A stretch of 64,000 nucleotides of DNA, taken from positions 352,966,001-353,030,000 of the forward strand of contig OZ024743.1 of assembly GCA_964016885.1 (NCBI GenBank), in the 5' to 3' direction. This stretch comes from Eledone cirrhosa. Lineage: Eukaryota. Positions within the stretch are counted from its first letter, which is position 1, and each line of letters opens with the position of its first letter. The notes under the pieces were generated by a model, which was given only the letters and a program-made list of their open reading frames with translations, ran no database searches and was not told the DNA's origin. Of this stretch, positions 41,988 through 54,785 are shown in pieces. The position numbers were made by a program, and so were the translations under genes.

Positions 41988-44371
41988 TAAGGATTTTAAG
42001 GAGGACGTAGGACCACCCTCTGTCAAACCCATAAACCGCGTCCTACTAATAAGATTTCCCCCTCCCCTTCCCCTCCCCAACACAACTCCAAACACCCCAA
42101 CCCCACCATACACTGACGACCCCACACCACCACAAGACACCCCTTCACCCAACACCCCCGACCCCATGGAAGTCGTGCGATCCGAACCCCGGGAAGCTGA
42201 AAGGTAGGTCTCTACACTCTCCTTTGGCTTTGCCGTCCACATGGATGTGTTAAGAGTAGGATGTTTGAATGCACGTGGCCTGGGCTCAACTTGGAAGCAA
42301 GCAAAGCTTCTAAATGACCTCAGGTCACGTGGTATAAATGTAATGGTTATCTGTGAGACTCGGATCAGCGTCGTGCGGCAGCTGGCCCCTACCTTCGATG
42401 ACTTTGAGGTGCATGCATCTCTCTGTCAACCTGGAGGTGGGGGTGGGGTTGTCGTACTGCTGGAAAAACACCTGGGTCTCGCCGTACAGGTTGTTCACTC
42501 GGACCCGGAGGGTCGTTTGTTGGTGCTAGACGTTGGCAGTAGTGAAGGTGCGGCCTTGAGACTGGTCGCCGTCTACTCCCCTTTCGGAGCTGAACGGCCC
42601 GACTTCTTCCAGCGTTTGGAGACTTTTCTGGGAACGTCGCATTCCCTGCTTCTAGCGGGGGATTGGAATGACATCCTAGATGCACGTTGGGACTATGCAA
42701 GAGCATGTACTAATAGAGGGGAGTGTAACAGCCTCAAGGGGTTACTCGACCGTTTTAACTTGGTCGATAGATATCGACTAGATTTTCCAACTGTGCCAAC
42801 CTGGACTTGGACGAACCACAGTGGTCAATCTAGATCGTACTTAGATAGATTCTTAGTTAGAAGTAAGGATAGGGACATATTAAGCTGTCCAGAAATGCTC
42901 ACGGTTGGCTATACGGATCACAAATTAGTGACCTGCGTAGTCAATCTCGAGAAAACACATAAACAGGGTCCCGGTTACTGGAAACTTAATTTGTCTTTAC
43001 CGGCAAAAGAGACTTACAGAAACCGGATTAGCAGATTAGTTAAGGAGAGGTTGACGGGTGCAATCGTCAACAACTGATGGTGGGCATCTCTCAAAATAGA
43101 TATTAGAACAGAATCAATAAGTTATAGCAAGATGTTAGCTGCCGATAGGAATAGAAACGAGAAAGAATTAACAGGTAATTTTAGAAGAGGCAATCAAGAG
43201 CGAAGATGTGGCCAGAGTGCTGGCATCGAGGACGGCCTTGAACCAGTTTTTCGATGCAAAGCACGAAGGCTGCGTCATTCGAAGTAAAATACGTGCTCTA
43301 GGTAATGAGGGGGCCAAAGCCGTTGGCTGGGCCCGCGTGACAGAAGCTAAGAGTGGAAATCGATCCACCATCCGGTCTTTGCAAGACGAGGATGGACGGG
43401 TGATCCGGGAGCCTAAGCAGATGTGCGAGGCCTTTCAAAGGCACTTTGCCCGATTATTCGGGGGAGGCGAGGGTCCGGGCGGGGACGTGGATTTCGGTCC
43501 ATACCTCGACGGCCTGCCGCGTCTCTCGAGCGAAGAAGCAGAGTCCTGCGAGGGACCAATCTCGGCTGATGAGATCGGGGATGCGCTGAGCCAATGCAGC
43601 AGACGCAAATCTCCAGGTCTCGATGGTATACCTTACGAACTTTATTTAGCAATGCCGGTCTTCTTCTCCGAACTCCTCGAAGCGGTCTACTGCAATTGGC
43701 AGCAGAACGGGAGAATTCCTTGTTCTGTAGCCAAGGGCGTAGTCTCGCTGGTGAGGAAGGACGAGAACAAGGGGGATAGTATAAATAATTTTCGGCCCAT
43801 AACCCTGCTAAACACAGAGTTAAAGATTTTGGCCAAGGTGTTAGCAAAGAGGTTGGCGCTTGTCGTGGGTGGCTTGGTGGGAGATGCACAGACATGTGCT
43901 ATCCCATCCAGGTCCATTCACGATAACCTCCACCTCATGCGATACATCATAGAGAGGGTTGGCAACAAACCCGGCTTCGGTGGGGCCCTGATCAACTTGG
44001 ATCATTCTAAGGCCTTCGATAGGGTCGACCATGGTTACCTGGATGCGGTGCTAGCGGCGACTGGGTTCGGTCCTGTTTTCAGAGGCTGGATCACTGCCTT
44101 ACATAGCAACCACATCTGTTCTAGGATCAAGGTGAACGGCTACCTTTCGAAGCCGTTCAAAATCACACGATCCATTCGACAGGGGTGCCCTCTCTCCTCC
44201 CTTCTGTACGTATTGACTCTCGAGCCTTTACTGAGGAAGTTGGAGTTGTTGCAGGGTATCCCCCTGGAACCAGGATTGAGCAAAGCGGTGTCGGCCTACG
44301 CCGATGACGTAACAGTAATGGTATCGACCGACTCGGAGATCGAGGCGATCGGTACTTTACTGGAGGATTAA
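41988..44371 (+). mobile_element. Tx1-like (L1 clade) LINE, copy 1: APE + RT pseudogene
   Basis: LNARGL, ICETR, GDWN, SYLDRF, TDHK, GPGYWKLN; KSPGLDG, FRPITLLN, KAFDRVDH, RQGCPLS, AYADD. Begins right after (TCTA)n. Confidence 0.93.
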
Positions 44372-46868
44372 GTGAAGAAGAAGGAGAGCCTCGGAAATCT
44401 AAAAAACATAAAAAAGAGACACCACAAAACCCCCAAAACTCCAATCACCGACACCAACAGACAACAACAAACACAAACAGACACAAACAACAACACAAAA
44501 AAACAGAACCACAACCAAACCTCCCCCTATACCAACCAAACAAACACCAACACCACCCCAAACACAAAAAAGAAAACTCACAGACGAACAACAAGCTAAA
44601 ACAACACAACCAAAACAAAAACAACAATACGCATACATCAACACAAACAACAAGAGTTTGGTGGAGGTCATCTCCCAAAACTCCAAGGTGGAGACGGAGG
44701 GCAATACTTTCGTCAAAGCAGAATCGTCTCCACACCTAAAACTAATAAGGGTTTCTATCGAAACCTATCAGAAATTGAAAGAGCAGTTTTCGCAGGATGT
44801 TGGCAACCCCTGTCACAAACCTATTAACCTCGTCTTATTAAAATGTTTCCCCACCCCACCCAACACTCCCACCAGAACTGAAATGGAGATTGAACAACCC
44901 GATCTCCAGGAAACGTCCTTTTCGCCAACTCTTCTCCACCAACATAGGTAGTTTACGAGTTGGAAGCGTAAATGTGCGTGGCCTAGGGATGCCCTGGAAA
45001 CAGGGCCAACTTTTAAACGACCTTAGGTCACACGGTATGGATGTGATAGCCATCACCGAGTCCAGGATCCACAACAGGCAACAACTAACCCCCATATTCG
45101 ACGACTTTGAGATCTACCCATCTCTCTGTCAGCCAGGAGGTGGAGGGGGAGTGGCTGTCATGAATCGGAAGAACCTGGTCGTCGAAGTACAGCAAGTACA
45201 CTTGGACCTGAAGGGTAGACTGATAGTCCTAGACGTGAACAGTATTGGAGGTAAAGCCTTCAGACTGGTGGCCGTTTATGCTCCGACCGGGCAATCGCAA
45301 TCATGGCCAAACTTCTTTAAGCGTCTAGAGTCTTTTCTGGGAACCTCCCACTCCTTACTTTTAGTGGGGGACTGGAATGGTATCCTAGATGCACGATGGG
45401 ACTATGTGAGAGCATGTCCCAGTAGAGGAGGTTGCAACAGCCTCAAAAATTTAATTGGCCAATTCCAACTGGCCGATAGGTATAGACGGGATTTCCCGAC
45501 TGCACCACGGTGGACGTGGACAAACCGTAGCGGGACAGCTAGATCGTATTTAGATAGGTTCTTCATTAGAGAAAGGGACAAGGAGATGTTAAGCAGTCCA
45601 CGAATGCACATGGTTGCCTATTCAGATCACAAATTAGTCGTCTGCATAGTCAACCGTGACAGAACACGTAGACAGGGACCCGGATACTGGAAGCTGAACG
45701 TGTCGTTGCCGGCACGTAAATCTTACAGTGAACGGATAAGTAGACTAGTCAAGCAACAGTTAACAGGAGCCATCGTCAACAATAGATGGTGGTACTCTCT
45801 CAAGAAAGCAATTAGAGTAGAATCGATAGGGTTTAGCAGAGAGTTAGCCTTAGAGAAAAACAAAATAGAAAGAGAACTAGTAGCCAAGGTAGAGGAGGCA
45901 CTTAGAAGTGGAATCGCGGCTAGAGTGTTAACGTTGAGAACGGCACTCGACCAGTTCTTCGATGCGAACCACGAAGGCTGCGTGGTCAGAAGCAAAACAC
46001 GTGCTCTAGGAAACGAAGGAGCGAAAGCTGTCAGCTGGGCCCGAGTGGCGGAGGCAAAAAGTGGCAACAAGTCCACGATTCGGTCTTTGAAAGACCAAAA
46101 CGGACGCGTGCTACTTGACCCCAAGCAAATGTGCGCGGCCTTTCAGTAGCACTTTGTGCCACTGTTTGAACAGAACGACGGTGAGCCGAACGGGGCAATG
46201 GACTGCCGCGTCTCTCGAACACGGACGCCGAGTTCTGCGAAATACCGATCACGGACACTGAGATTCGGGATGCTCTGGGCCGCTGCGGGAAACGCAAGTT
46301 ACCCAGCCTAGATGATATACCCTATGAGTTTTACATAGGCATGCCGGACTTGTTCTCTGGAGTCCTCGAAGCCGTCTACTGCAATTGGCAGGAGAACGCG
46401 AGAATTCTCAGTTCTGCAGGCAAGAGCGTAGTAACGCTGATCAGGAAAGACGAGAACAAGGGGGACAAAATTAACAACTTCAGGCCCATAACTCTGCTCA
46501 ACACAGAGCTAAAGATTTTGGCCAAGGTGCTAGCGACGAGGTTGGCGCTTGTCGTTGAGAACCTGGTAGGGAAAGCGCAAACGTGTGCAATCCCGACAAG
46601 GTCCATACACGACAACCTCCACCTCATGCGATACATCGTAGAGAGGGTGGGTAGTAAACCCGGCTTCGGTGGGGCTCTGATCAATTTGGATCAGTCTAAG
46701 GCATTCGATAGGGTCGACCATCGATACTTGGAAGCGATTCTCAAGGCTTCGGTCCCGTTTTCAGAGGCTGCATCGAGGCGATGCACACCAGCATCTGCTC
46801 GAGGGTCAAGGTGAACGGCTACCTATCGGAGCCGTTCGCAATCACGCCTTCCATTCGACAGGGATGGT
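44372..46868 (+). mobile_element. Tx1-like LINE, copy 2 (diverged subfamily; ORF1 end + APE + partial RT)
   Basis: ORF 44890..46149 (NVRGL, SDHK, GPGYWKLN) and ORF 46341..46814 (FRPITLLN, DQSKAFDRVDH). The ORF1 tail DVGNP..KPINLVLL..FP matches copy 1. Confidence 0.92.
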
Positions 46869-47015
46869 CTCTCTTCTTTCCCTTTTGGGGACAGTGTGAA
46901 TTTTCTTTTTGAAGGACTAATGGCTTTTCAAATTTAGCTGTCCTTCTAGCACTGACGGAGACCATCACTGATTATTAATATCGATGTAATTTTTTATATC
47001 GATAATGCATGGGCA

Positions 47016-47132
47016 TCCACTGATGAGTTATAAGGGCCCGCTTGTGTGTATGGATTATATATAAGTTTCTACATAACCTAGACATTATTTATCCCAACTT
47101 GTAGAAATCTTATAACGAAACGATCGTATGGA
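47016..47132 (+). ncRNA. Type I hammerhead ribozyme with extended stem II
   Basis: UCCA CUGAUGA GUUAUAAG [~74 nt] CUUAUAAC GAAAC GAUC GUA UGGA. Confidence 0.85.
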
Positions 47133-50059
47133 AAGAAAGAGAGATTTATTTAATTATGTCTCATAAAATAATACAACCAACTATCCACGGAATACTGTAT
47201 AGTTAGCACCCCAAACTCTTATTTGGGATTATACTTAGGTATATCCTAATGTTTGTTGAGTGAGATGGAGTTGGTCAGAGTATCGCTTAAAGCTTTCTCT
47301 GTTAATGTATTAAATATATATATATATAGATAGATAGATGCATGCATACACACATATACATACATAAATAAATAAATAAATAAATGCATAAATACATACA
47401 TACATATAACCTTTGGTTCTATAATTGCTAATGTAATTCGATAAAGTTTGTGTCTCATTGCTATATCGGACTATTCTGGAATATTCCTTTTGTGTGAAAC
47501 ATGTTTTATTCAATATGCACAACACCGCTGAGATACATTATACTAAAATAGATTTGTAATTAATTTTACTGATATTGCTAATGTTTTAACTCTTATACTA
47601 GCTGTATATTTTAAAAAGTATGGTTATTGAAACTTTTTCTCTAAGGGAGATAATCTGAGCAGAGATAAAAAGAAAGAGTTGGGAAATCGGAGAGTTAGAA
47701 AGAGAGAAATAAAGCGGACAGAACAGGGCTGAGAGTTAGATTGTAGAGAAATATGAAAAGTAGAATGTGGGAGGGATTTAGATAGAGATAGAGAAATCTA
47801 AAGGTGAGGTACAATGCCGAGGAAATATATATAGAGAAAGTAAGAAAGAATACAGAAGGACGGAGATTTAAAGATAGGGACAGAAAGAGGAGAGGTTTGA
47901 AAGACGGACAGATAGAATTGGAGTTAGAGATAGGGTACAAAAGGAGTAACAAAAAGAAGTGGTTTAATGTGAAACAAAATAATTCATTTCCAGCTGTGAC
48001 TCGAGGGAAACATCTTTTTGTGAGCTTCTTTTGTGTGAATTTGAAGTTATATATAAAGATAGTAACGATTTATTTTGGTTAGGTGCGGCAGAGATACAAT
48101 GTTAAAAGAAAGATTGGGGGTGGAGTTTTTGTCGATTGAATTAACACTTGAAATTTATTTTATCGACTTCAGGTTGTGGAAAACGTAAAAGATGATCTTA
48201 GCAGATCACATAATCTAGACAGGAGACTAATTACAGCAAGATATCAAATCTATTGCTCCCGTTTCTGCCAAATCACAACCCATGAGACAGTGGGCTGCCT
48301 CTACATGGTCATTCGATCTGCTAAAAATAGCCGCTAAATCTCCTTCAAATCCCCCCTCTCTCTACTTAATAAAAAGGGCCTAATACATCAATTAATGTAA
48401 TCCTATATGTTATTAAAATGATGAGATGGTAATGACATGAATCCCTTTGATCATTGGTCTTCTCGACCAGAGTTGACCTGGTGCTAAACGGCAACATATT
48501 AATGTAACAATGGGTTCTGTTAAAAGCGCAGGGACACATTTTAGAGAAAGTTATAATCGTTTAGATAAACTTGAGTAAAGTTTTATTTTATATCGACAGC
48601 AGTGCTGAATTCAGTTGGTTTGAAATAACTGTAAGAACGCAAAGGGATGCAACTAAATACCGCAAATTATTTTGTCTGCTGCTCTGTCGATTCTGCTAAC
48701 TCACCAATCTCACAATTTTTAACATTCAGTTCTATCAGAGAGAGACAATGCAAAAATCTGGAAAGGAAAGGATACAGTCGCTTACATTGACTCCGATACT
48801 TGACTATTTTATTTTATCAATCCTAAACGAACAGCAATGGAATTAGAACTCAGAACGTAATCGATCACAAGGTATGTTGTCCGCGGTCCTACCGGCTTTG
48901 CCAATACCGCACCTGTCACTTCCTTCATATTGCTTGTTTTTAACATTGGCACAAGGCTAGAAATTTAGAGGGAGAGTTTATAACAGGAATATACATTATT
49001 TCGTTATTCCGGAAGAACAAACAAAGTTGACAGTTGGAGTCAGAACGTAAAATACCATAACTAAACACTGAAACGTATTTTCTCCGATTGTTATATCAAG
49101 CCATAACTCGTATTTTTCCTTCATATTGATTTCTAATATTGGAGCAAGGACACACATTTGTAGGAAATGACACAATTAATTATAATGACCCTAATACATG
49201 AGTGGTTCTTTATTTTATTGATCCTGAAAAGATAAAATGCAAAGTTGACCCTGTTTGACGCCTTAATATTACTGCCACAATAGCATTGAAAATGTATATC
49301 GTTGACGCTGTATTCATGCAACAGAAGTCGTATATTTGATATGAGCAAAACCACATATTATAGCATGAACTCTTTTGTAAGAATTTGTTCTCAATTTTTA
49401 TTTATTTATTTAATCAACTACTTCTTCAATATTACAAATATTCTAAAATCAATATCATACAGTAATCACCAAGGAAATAAATTTCACTGATATTTAAACA
49501 GCATTTCTGACTGCCAGGAAACACTGAGTTGGCTTTTAACGTTTCGTATTTAATGTTTTGTGGGAAAATAAAATTACGGTTGTCTGAGAATGAAATAGTC
49601 TGGAGTACAAACAAAAGACGTAATAGAATTCAATTTAATTCAACGTAAAATAGCATTCCTGGGTGTCAGGAAACACAGAGTTAGCGATTTAAGTTTCACA
49701 TTCAATGTTTTCCAGGGAAATAATGTTACAGTGCTTTGAGAATGAAGACTTATCACATATGTTTTCTATGGTTTAAATCTGTTTCTAATTTAGGCACAAA
49801 ATCGGCAATTTTGGGAGAAAGGGAGTATCGATTAAATCGACTAAGTATTTCACTGGTACTTTATTTTATTTGCCCCAGAAAGATGAAAGGAAAAGTTAGC
49901 CTCGGAGGGGATTTGAACCCAGAATGTAAAGAACCATGACTAAATACCTCAAAGTATTTTGAGCGACTCTCTAACGATTCGACCACCCTTTTAAAGTATT
50001 CAAAATTATTTCTTTAAAATGGAATCCTTGATCAGTCTTGTTTAATTTAAGAATATTTT

Positions 50060-50420
50060 TTTGTTTTGTTATTGGTAGTATATGTAGGCATGACTGCGTG
50101 TTTTCGCGATTGCGCGATTTTGAGGTCGATTCCATTTTGCGACACCATGTGCAAAGATTGTTTTTTATCATAGAATCAGGTGGACCAAAGTTTTGTAAAT
50201 GAAAATCCCCGATAAAAACTGTAGTGATAGCCTGTCGAAGGGAGCATCACTGTTTTTGGTTGATAGACTTAATCGCTCGTCCAGTTGAATACCAACACCA
50301 AACTCACAGGTAGCATTAACTGACTTCCCTCTGTTACAAGCATTTGGACCATGTGGCCGGTATGAAGATAAATTACTCTTTTTCACATTAGATTTGGAGG
50401 CATTGGAATGGGTCACGCCC
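50060..50420 (-). pseudogene. Possible piggyBac-type transposase remnant
   Basis: Minus-strand remnants GK....CEFGVG...KN...FD...IFAHGV..NR loosely resemble the DDE core; a CCC/TTAA-type end (GAGGGTTAA) lies at ~52343..52351. Weak. Confidence 0.3.
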
Positions 50421-52369
50421 TTTTTCTGTTGGTTAAGTTATTAACAAACAAACAAAGATTTCTGGCCTATTTGATCCAACATTTGTTGCATAGTTGCCAC
50501 CGGAATCAATTTATTTTTGCTATTTTTTTATGCAATCCTATCATGTTCCGTTACTGATGCAGCCATTATGCAAAAGTGATATGGTCACTTTGGTGACAAA
50601 TACATTTTCCATTACTCACAGGTACACACATGCTCACACATAAACACATACATACATGCACAAGCCCTTTCTCTACCTATACACTCGCACACTATGATGC
50701 TTTGCCAACACCACCAACTTAACATCACATCTTATTCATAACTGTACACATTTATTTGCCACCATTGCATACTCACACATACTCACACTTTCTCACACGC
50801 ACTCACCTAAACACACTTCACTTCACTATATCCTCCTCCTCCACTCCAACTTGTCACGCTTATTTGCTTTACAACAGGCTCACTTTTCTCTGCTTAAAGC
50901 CATTTTCTTTACTTCACTCACTTCCTGTGTGTCATTCCAGCATCTTTAACCCAACTGCATGCTTTTTACTTCCAATTTCCTTTTCTCTTTTCGTTTCTTT
51001 TCTTGACAAAGGACAACTGTCTAAAACGTCGAATTCACTTCTTTTCTTTTCTTCCATAACTTAATTACATTGATTCTTATTCGTTGCCTTTGTTGACTTT
51101 CTCTTGTTTGTTTTTTTCTGTCTCATGTCTTACTTAAATATTAATCACTGAGGTGACTCAGACTTAAATCTTCATTTCTGTTGAAGTTATTATTTTATTA
51201 TATCATAATATAATATCTACATTGAACCATTACTGACGAGGTCAGCTATTCTGAATATAAATTCATCTCTACCAGCTCTACATAAAGGTTTTAATATAAG
51301 AAATGTATTTCTTATAAATGCTTCTTTATTTGTTTGTGACTTCATTAACAGTAAATTATCAAAATCTTCAGATAAGATGTTTAACAAGGCTTGTCCTATT
51401 GAAAATCGCCCAGCCACTAAACACAAGAAAGGCTACGTCTGATGTATATTTCCGTCTCACCCCACTCTATCAGATTCCGTTAGATAATGCGAAAACGCAT
51501 TTGACCTAATTTAAACCAAATAATTAACGAGTGGAAATGTTTCTTTACCCATGTGGTTGATATTTAAATATAGTTTACACTATTGTTATGGCCAGCAGTA
51601 TCTAAAAATTGTGTTGTGTAGCATACAACTGAATATTTATTGCATTTTCATGTGAATGATTTCGTATTTTGTCTAATTACACCCATCCATCCGGAAAATA
51701 ATATAAAGGACCTGTAAATAAGACAGATTGTCATGTCTGGAATCAGTGTTAACGCCAAAATCAGCCCAGGTAAAGTTTAGCCAGAAACATTAAGAACTGG
51801 CGAGATTTATATTTTTAATAAGTTTTTATGTCATAAATAAAATTAAAAGTTACTTTTCAGTTATATTACAAAGTTACAATAAATAAAGAAGAATGGAACA
51901 TGAAAGATTAAGCCGTCTATAGCAGTAAGCCAACCTACACAAGGGTAATTTTTCTGTTTCGCCGTTTTTCTGCAAAACGAAAGTTGATGGCTTAAAGATT
52001 CATATTTTTGGTATGTTGTCTGTTCGTGGCAATTGTGCCTAAATTGTTCAGTCAGTTGTTCGCCATGGGATTCCAGATAAGTCTTTATTATCTGCATCAT
52101 GAAAGAACTGTGTTCACATCTTACATTGTTTGCAGTCAGTGTTACAGCAATGTTTCGGCAATTCAGAAAATGCATCCCTGTAAGGCCATAAAAAGTAACC
52201 CAATCAGTGAGTTCAAAATACATGACTGCCTTTTAATAAAATACTTCACACCATGTTAATTCTATTTTCAGGTAATCCAAGTCCAGGCGATATGTCTCTG
52301 CTATGAATTTGAAGCCATCAAATTTGAGGAGCTAGTCACTCTGAGGGTTAAGACGAGGAAGGCTTTTCA

Positions 52370-52565
52370 AAGGGGCGGTGGATTGGCAGTATCGGTAGAG
52401 GGTTGGACACTATGTTTTGGCACATAGAGTTACGCCCCTTGCAATTCTGAGTTCAAATCGCGCCAAGGTTAACTTTGCCTTTCATCCTTACGGGGTCGAT
52501 AAAATAAAGTACCAGTTATGTACTGGGTAATTGCTGGCCTTGTGCCAAAAGTAGAAACAATTATT
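52370..52565 (+). mobile_element. SINE (dominant family, near full length)
   Basis: tggcagtatcggtag A-box-like, gagttcaaatc B-box-like, shared core, (ATT) tail. An inverted copy lies at 54526..54697. Confidence 0.8.
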
Positions 52566-53223
52566 ACAATTTTCTTTCAAAACGAGGCGTGGGAGCTCTG
52601 GGAAAATCTGAGCTAAAACAGAAATGAAGGTCTCGCGGCGAAAATCTTGATGGCTGGCCTCCAATAATCTTATTGGTCACCGAGTCCTTTAAATGTTGGT
52701 TGTCTCTAATGAATTCGGTGGCCTGTTGTTCGATTGTATACCACACATCATGTGCACAACAGAAAACACACACTACGCAGAACACACACGTTCAGATTGT
52801 TTTGCACCCTGAATACATCTGGCTATCAGTTTATTTGCTGCATTTATATCCAGTGAAGAGGGCTGGTTCTTTAGCATAACTGAGTATTAATAGATAGACA
52901 CCAAGGCATTTTCACATGCCAATGGGCCTGTGTGCAGTATTTCCGGAGACAGACCACCTCCAAGATCCTGATAAATTTAACCAGGAACCGCAAGGTACCC
53001 AGTCACTGTGTATCACCATGAAAAGACATTATCAAGAGTGTGTTTCTGGCAATGGTACGCACTAGTCGGGAAAGAGTTATGCACTTGGCTGTCCATTTCG
53101 TACTACTACTAACCAGCGGTGAAACGCTTAAGGCAAATAGATTACAAACATGCAGTTCACTTTGTTGTCACACTAGAGGTGTTACCATATTTTAACACGT
53201 CGCCTCCCCTTCTCCGACTTTCT

Positions 53224-53639
<416 letters not shown>

Positions 53640-54237
53640 GTGTAAATTGGTGTATCCAGCTGCGTCCCTTTATGTAAAAAACGATTTAGCCACTCACCAA
53701 ACAGATCAATAAAATGGGTACCTAGATACCCATTTTATAGGCATCGCGTGTCGATATTATCGGTGCCTCAGTATGGCTGCAGTCCAATAGCTGAAACCAG
53801 TAAAAATTAATATATTATTTCGACAATTAAATGTTGTTTATTCCGACTCTTAACTCTTGAATATTCTGACTGTCAAAACAAGCTTAACAGGAAACGTTAA
53901 CCGCTTGAAATGAAGGATTTGATTAGACTTATTTGAGATTGACACCACTTTCATATTTAGGGCTCTTGTTGTACTGTTGTCTCACAAAGTTCATATTCTG
54001 GAACTTTCATGCTACTATTACTGCTAATGCTGTTGGCAGAGGTATTATGCCTGGCGGTGTTTGATTTTCATTTAGTTTTGGCATTGCATGGTTCAGTTAC
54101 AATTTATAGAATGAATAGACGGAATACATGCACATGAGCACGTACATACTGACACATACATTAACACACATACACATACATGCACACGTACACGCAATGT
54201 ATCTTTATGTATGTATAAACAAAGTGATTAACTTGTA

Positions 54238-54320
<83 letters not shown>

Positions 54321-54785
54321 TTATATATATATATATATGCGAAACAGTTCTAGTCCTGTAGAAGCCATTTCTATATATATATATATATATATATGAACAA
54401 AGCGGTTAACCTAAACAGCATTGGACAAATTCGTGCACCCTAGAGGAAAATCGAGTAAAGTACCCCTGGGGGCAGAAGAATAGTGCTACTGTTCACTTTT
54501 TTCAGATTTTTTCAATTATTATTTATAATTGTTTCTACTTTAGGCACAAGGCCAGCAATTACCCAGTACATTACTGGTACTTTATTTTATCGACCCCGTA
54601 AGGATGAAAGGCAAAGTTAACCTTGGCGGGATTTGAACTCAGACCGTAAAAGGACGTAACTATGCTAGAAAGCATAGCATCCAACCCTCTACCGATTATA
54701 ATGAGCGACTAATAACATGGTCATTAGCGTTAAGATGTACATATTTCATACATACATATATACATATACATACATACATACATAA

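Noticed and set aside
50995-51035. Hammerhead-like remnant ttgacaaaggacaactgtctaaaacgtc
   Set aside because: Both core strands are mutated; at best a dead relative of the 62594 type.
51861-52259. Overlapping 120-aa and 83-aa ORFs
   Set aside because: No motif I can recognise; may be part of a decayed DNA transposon but cannot be supported.
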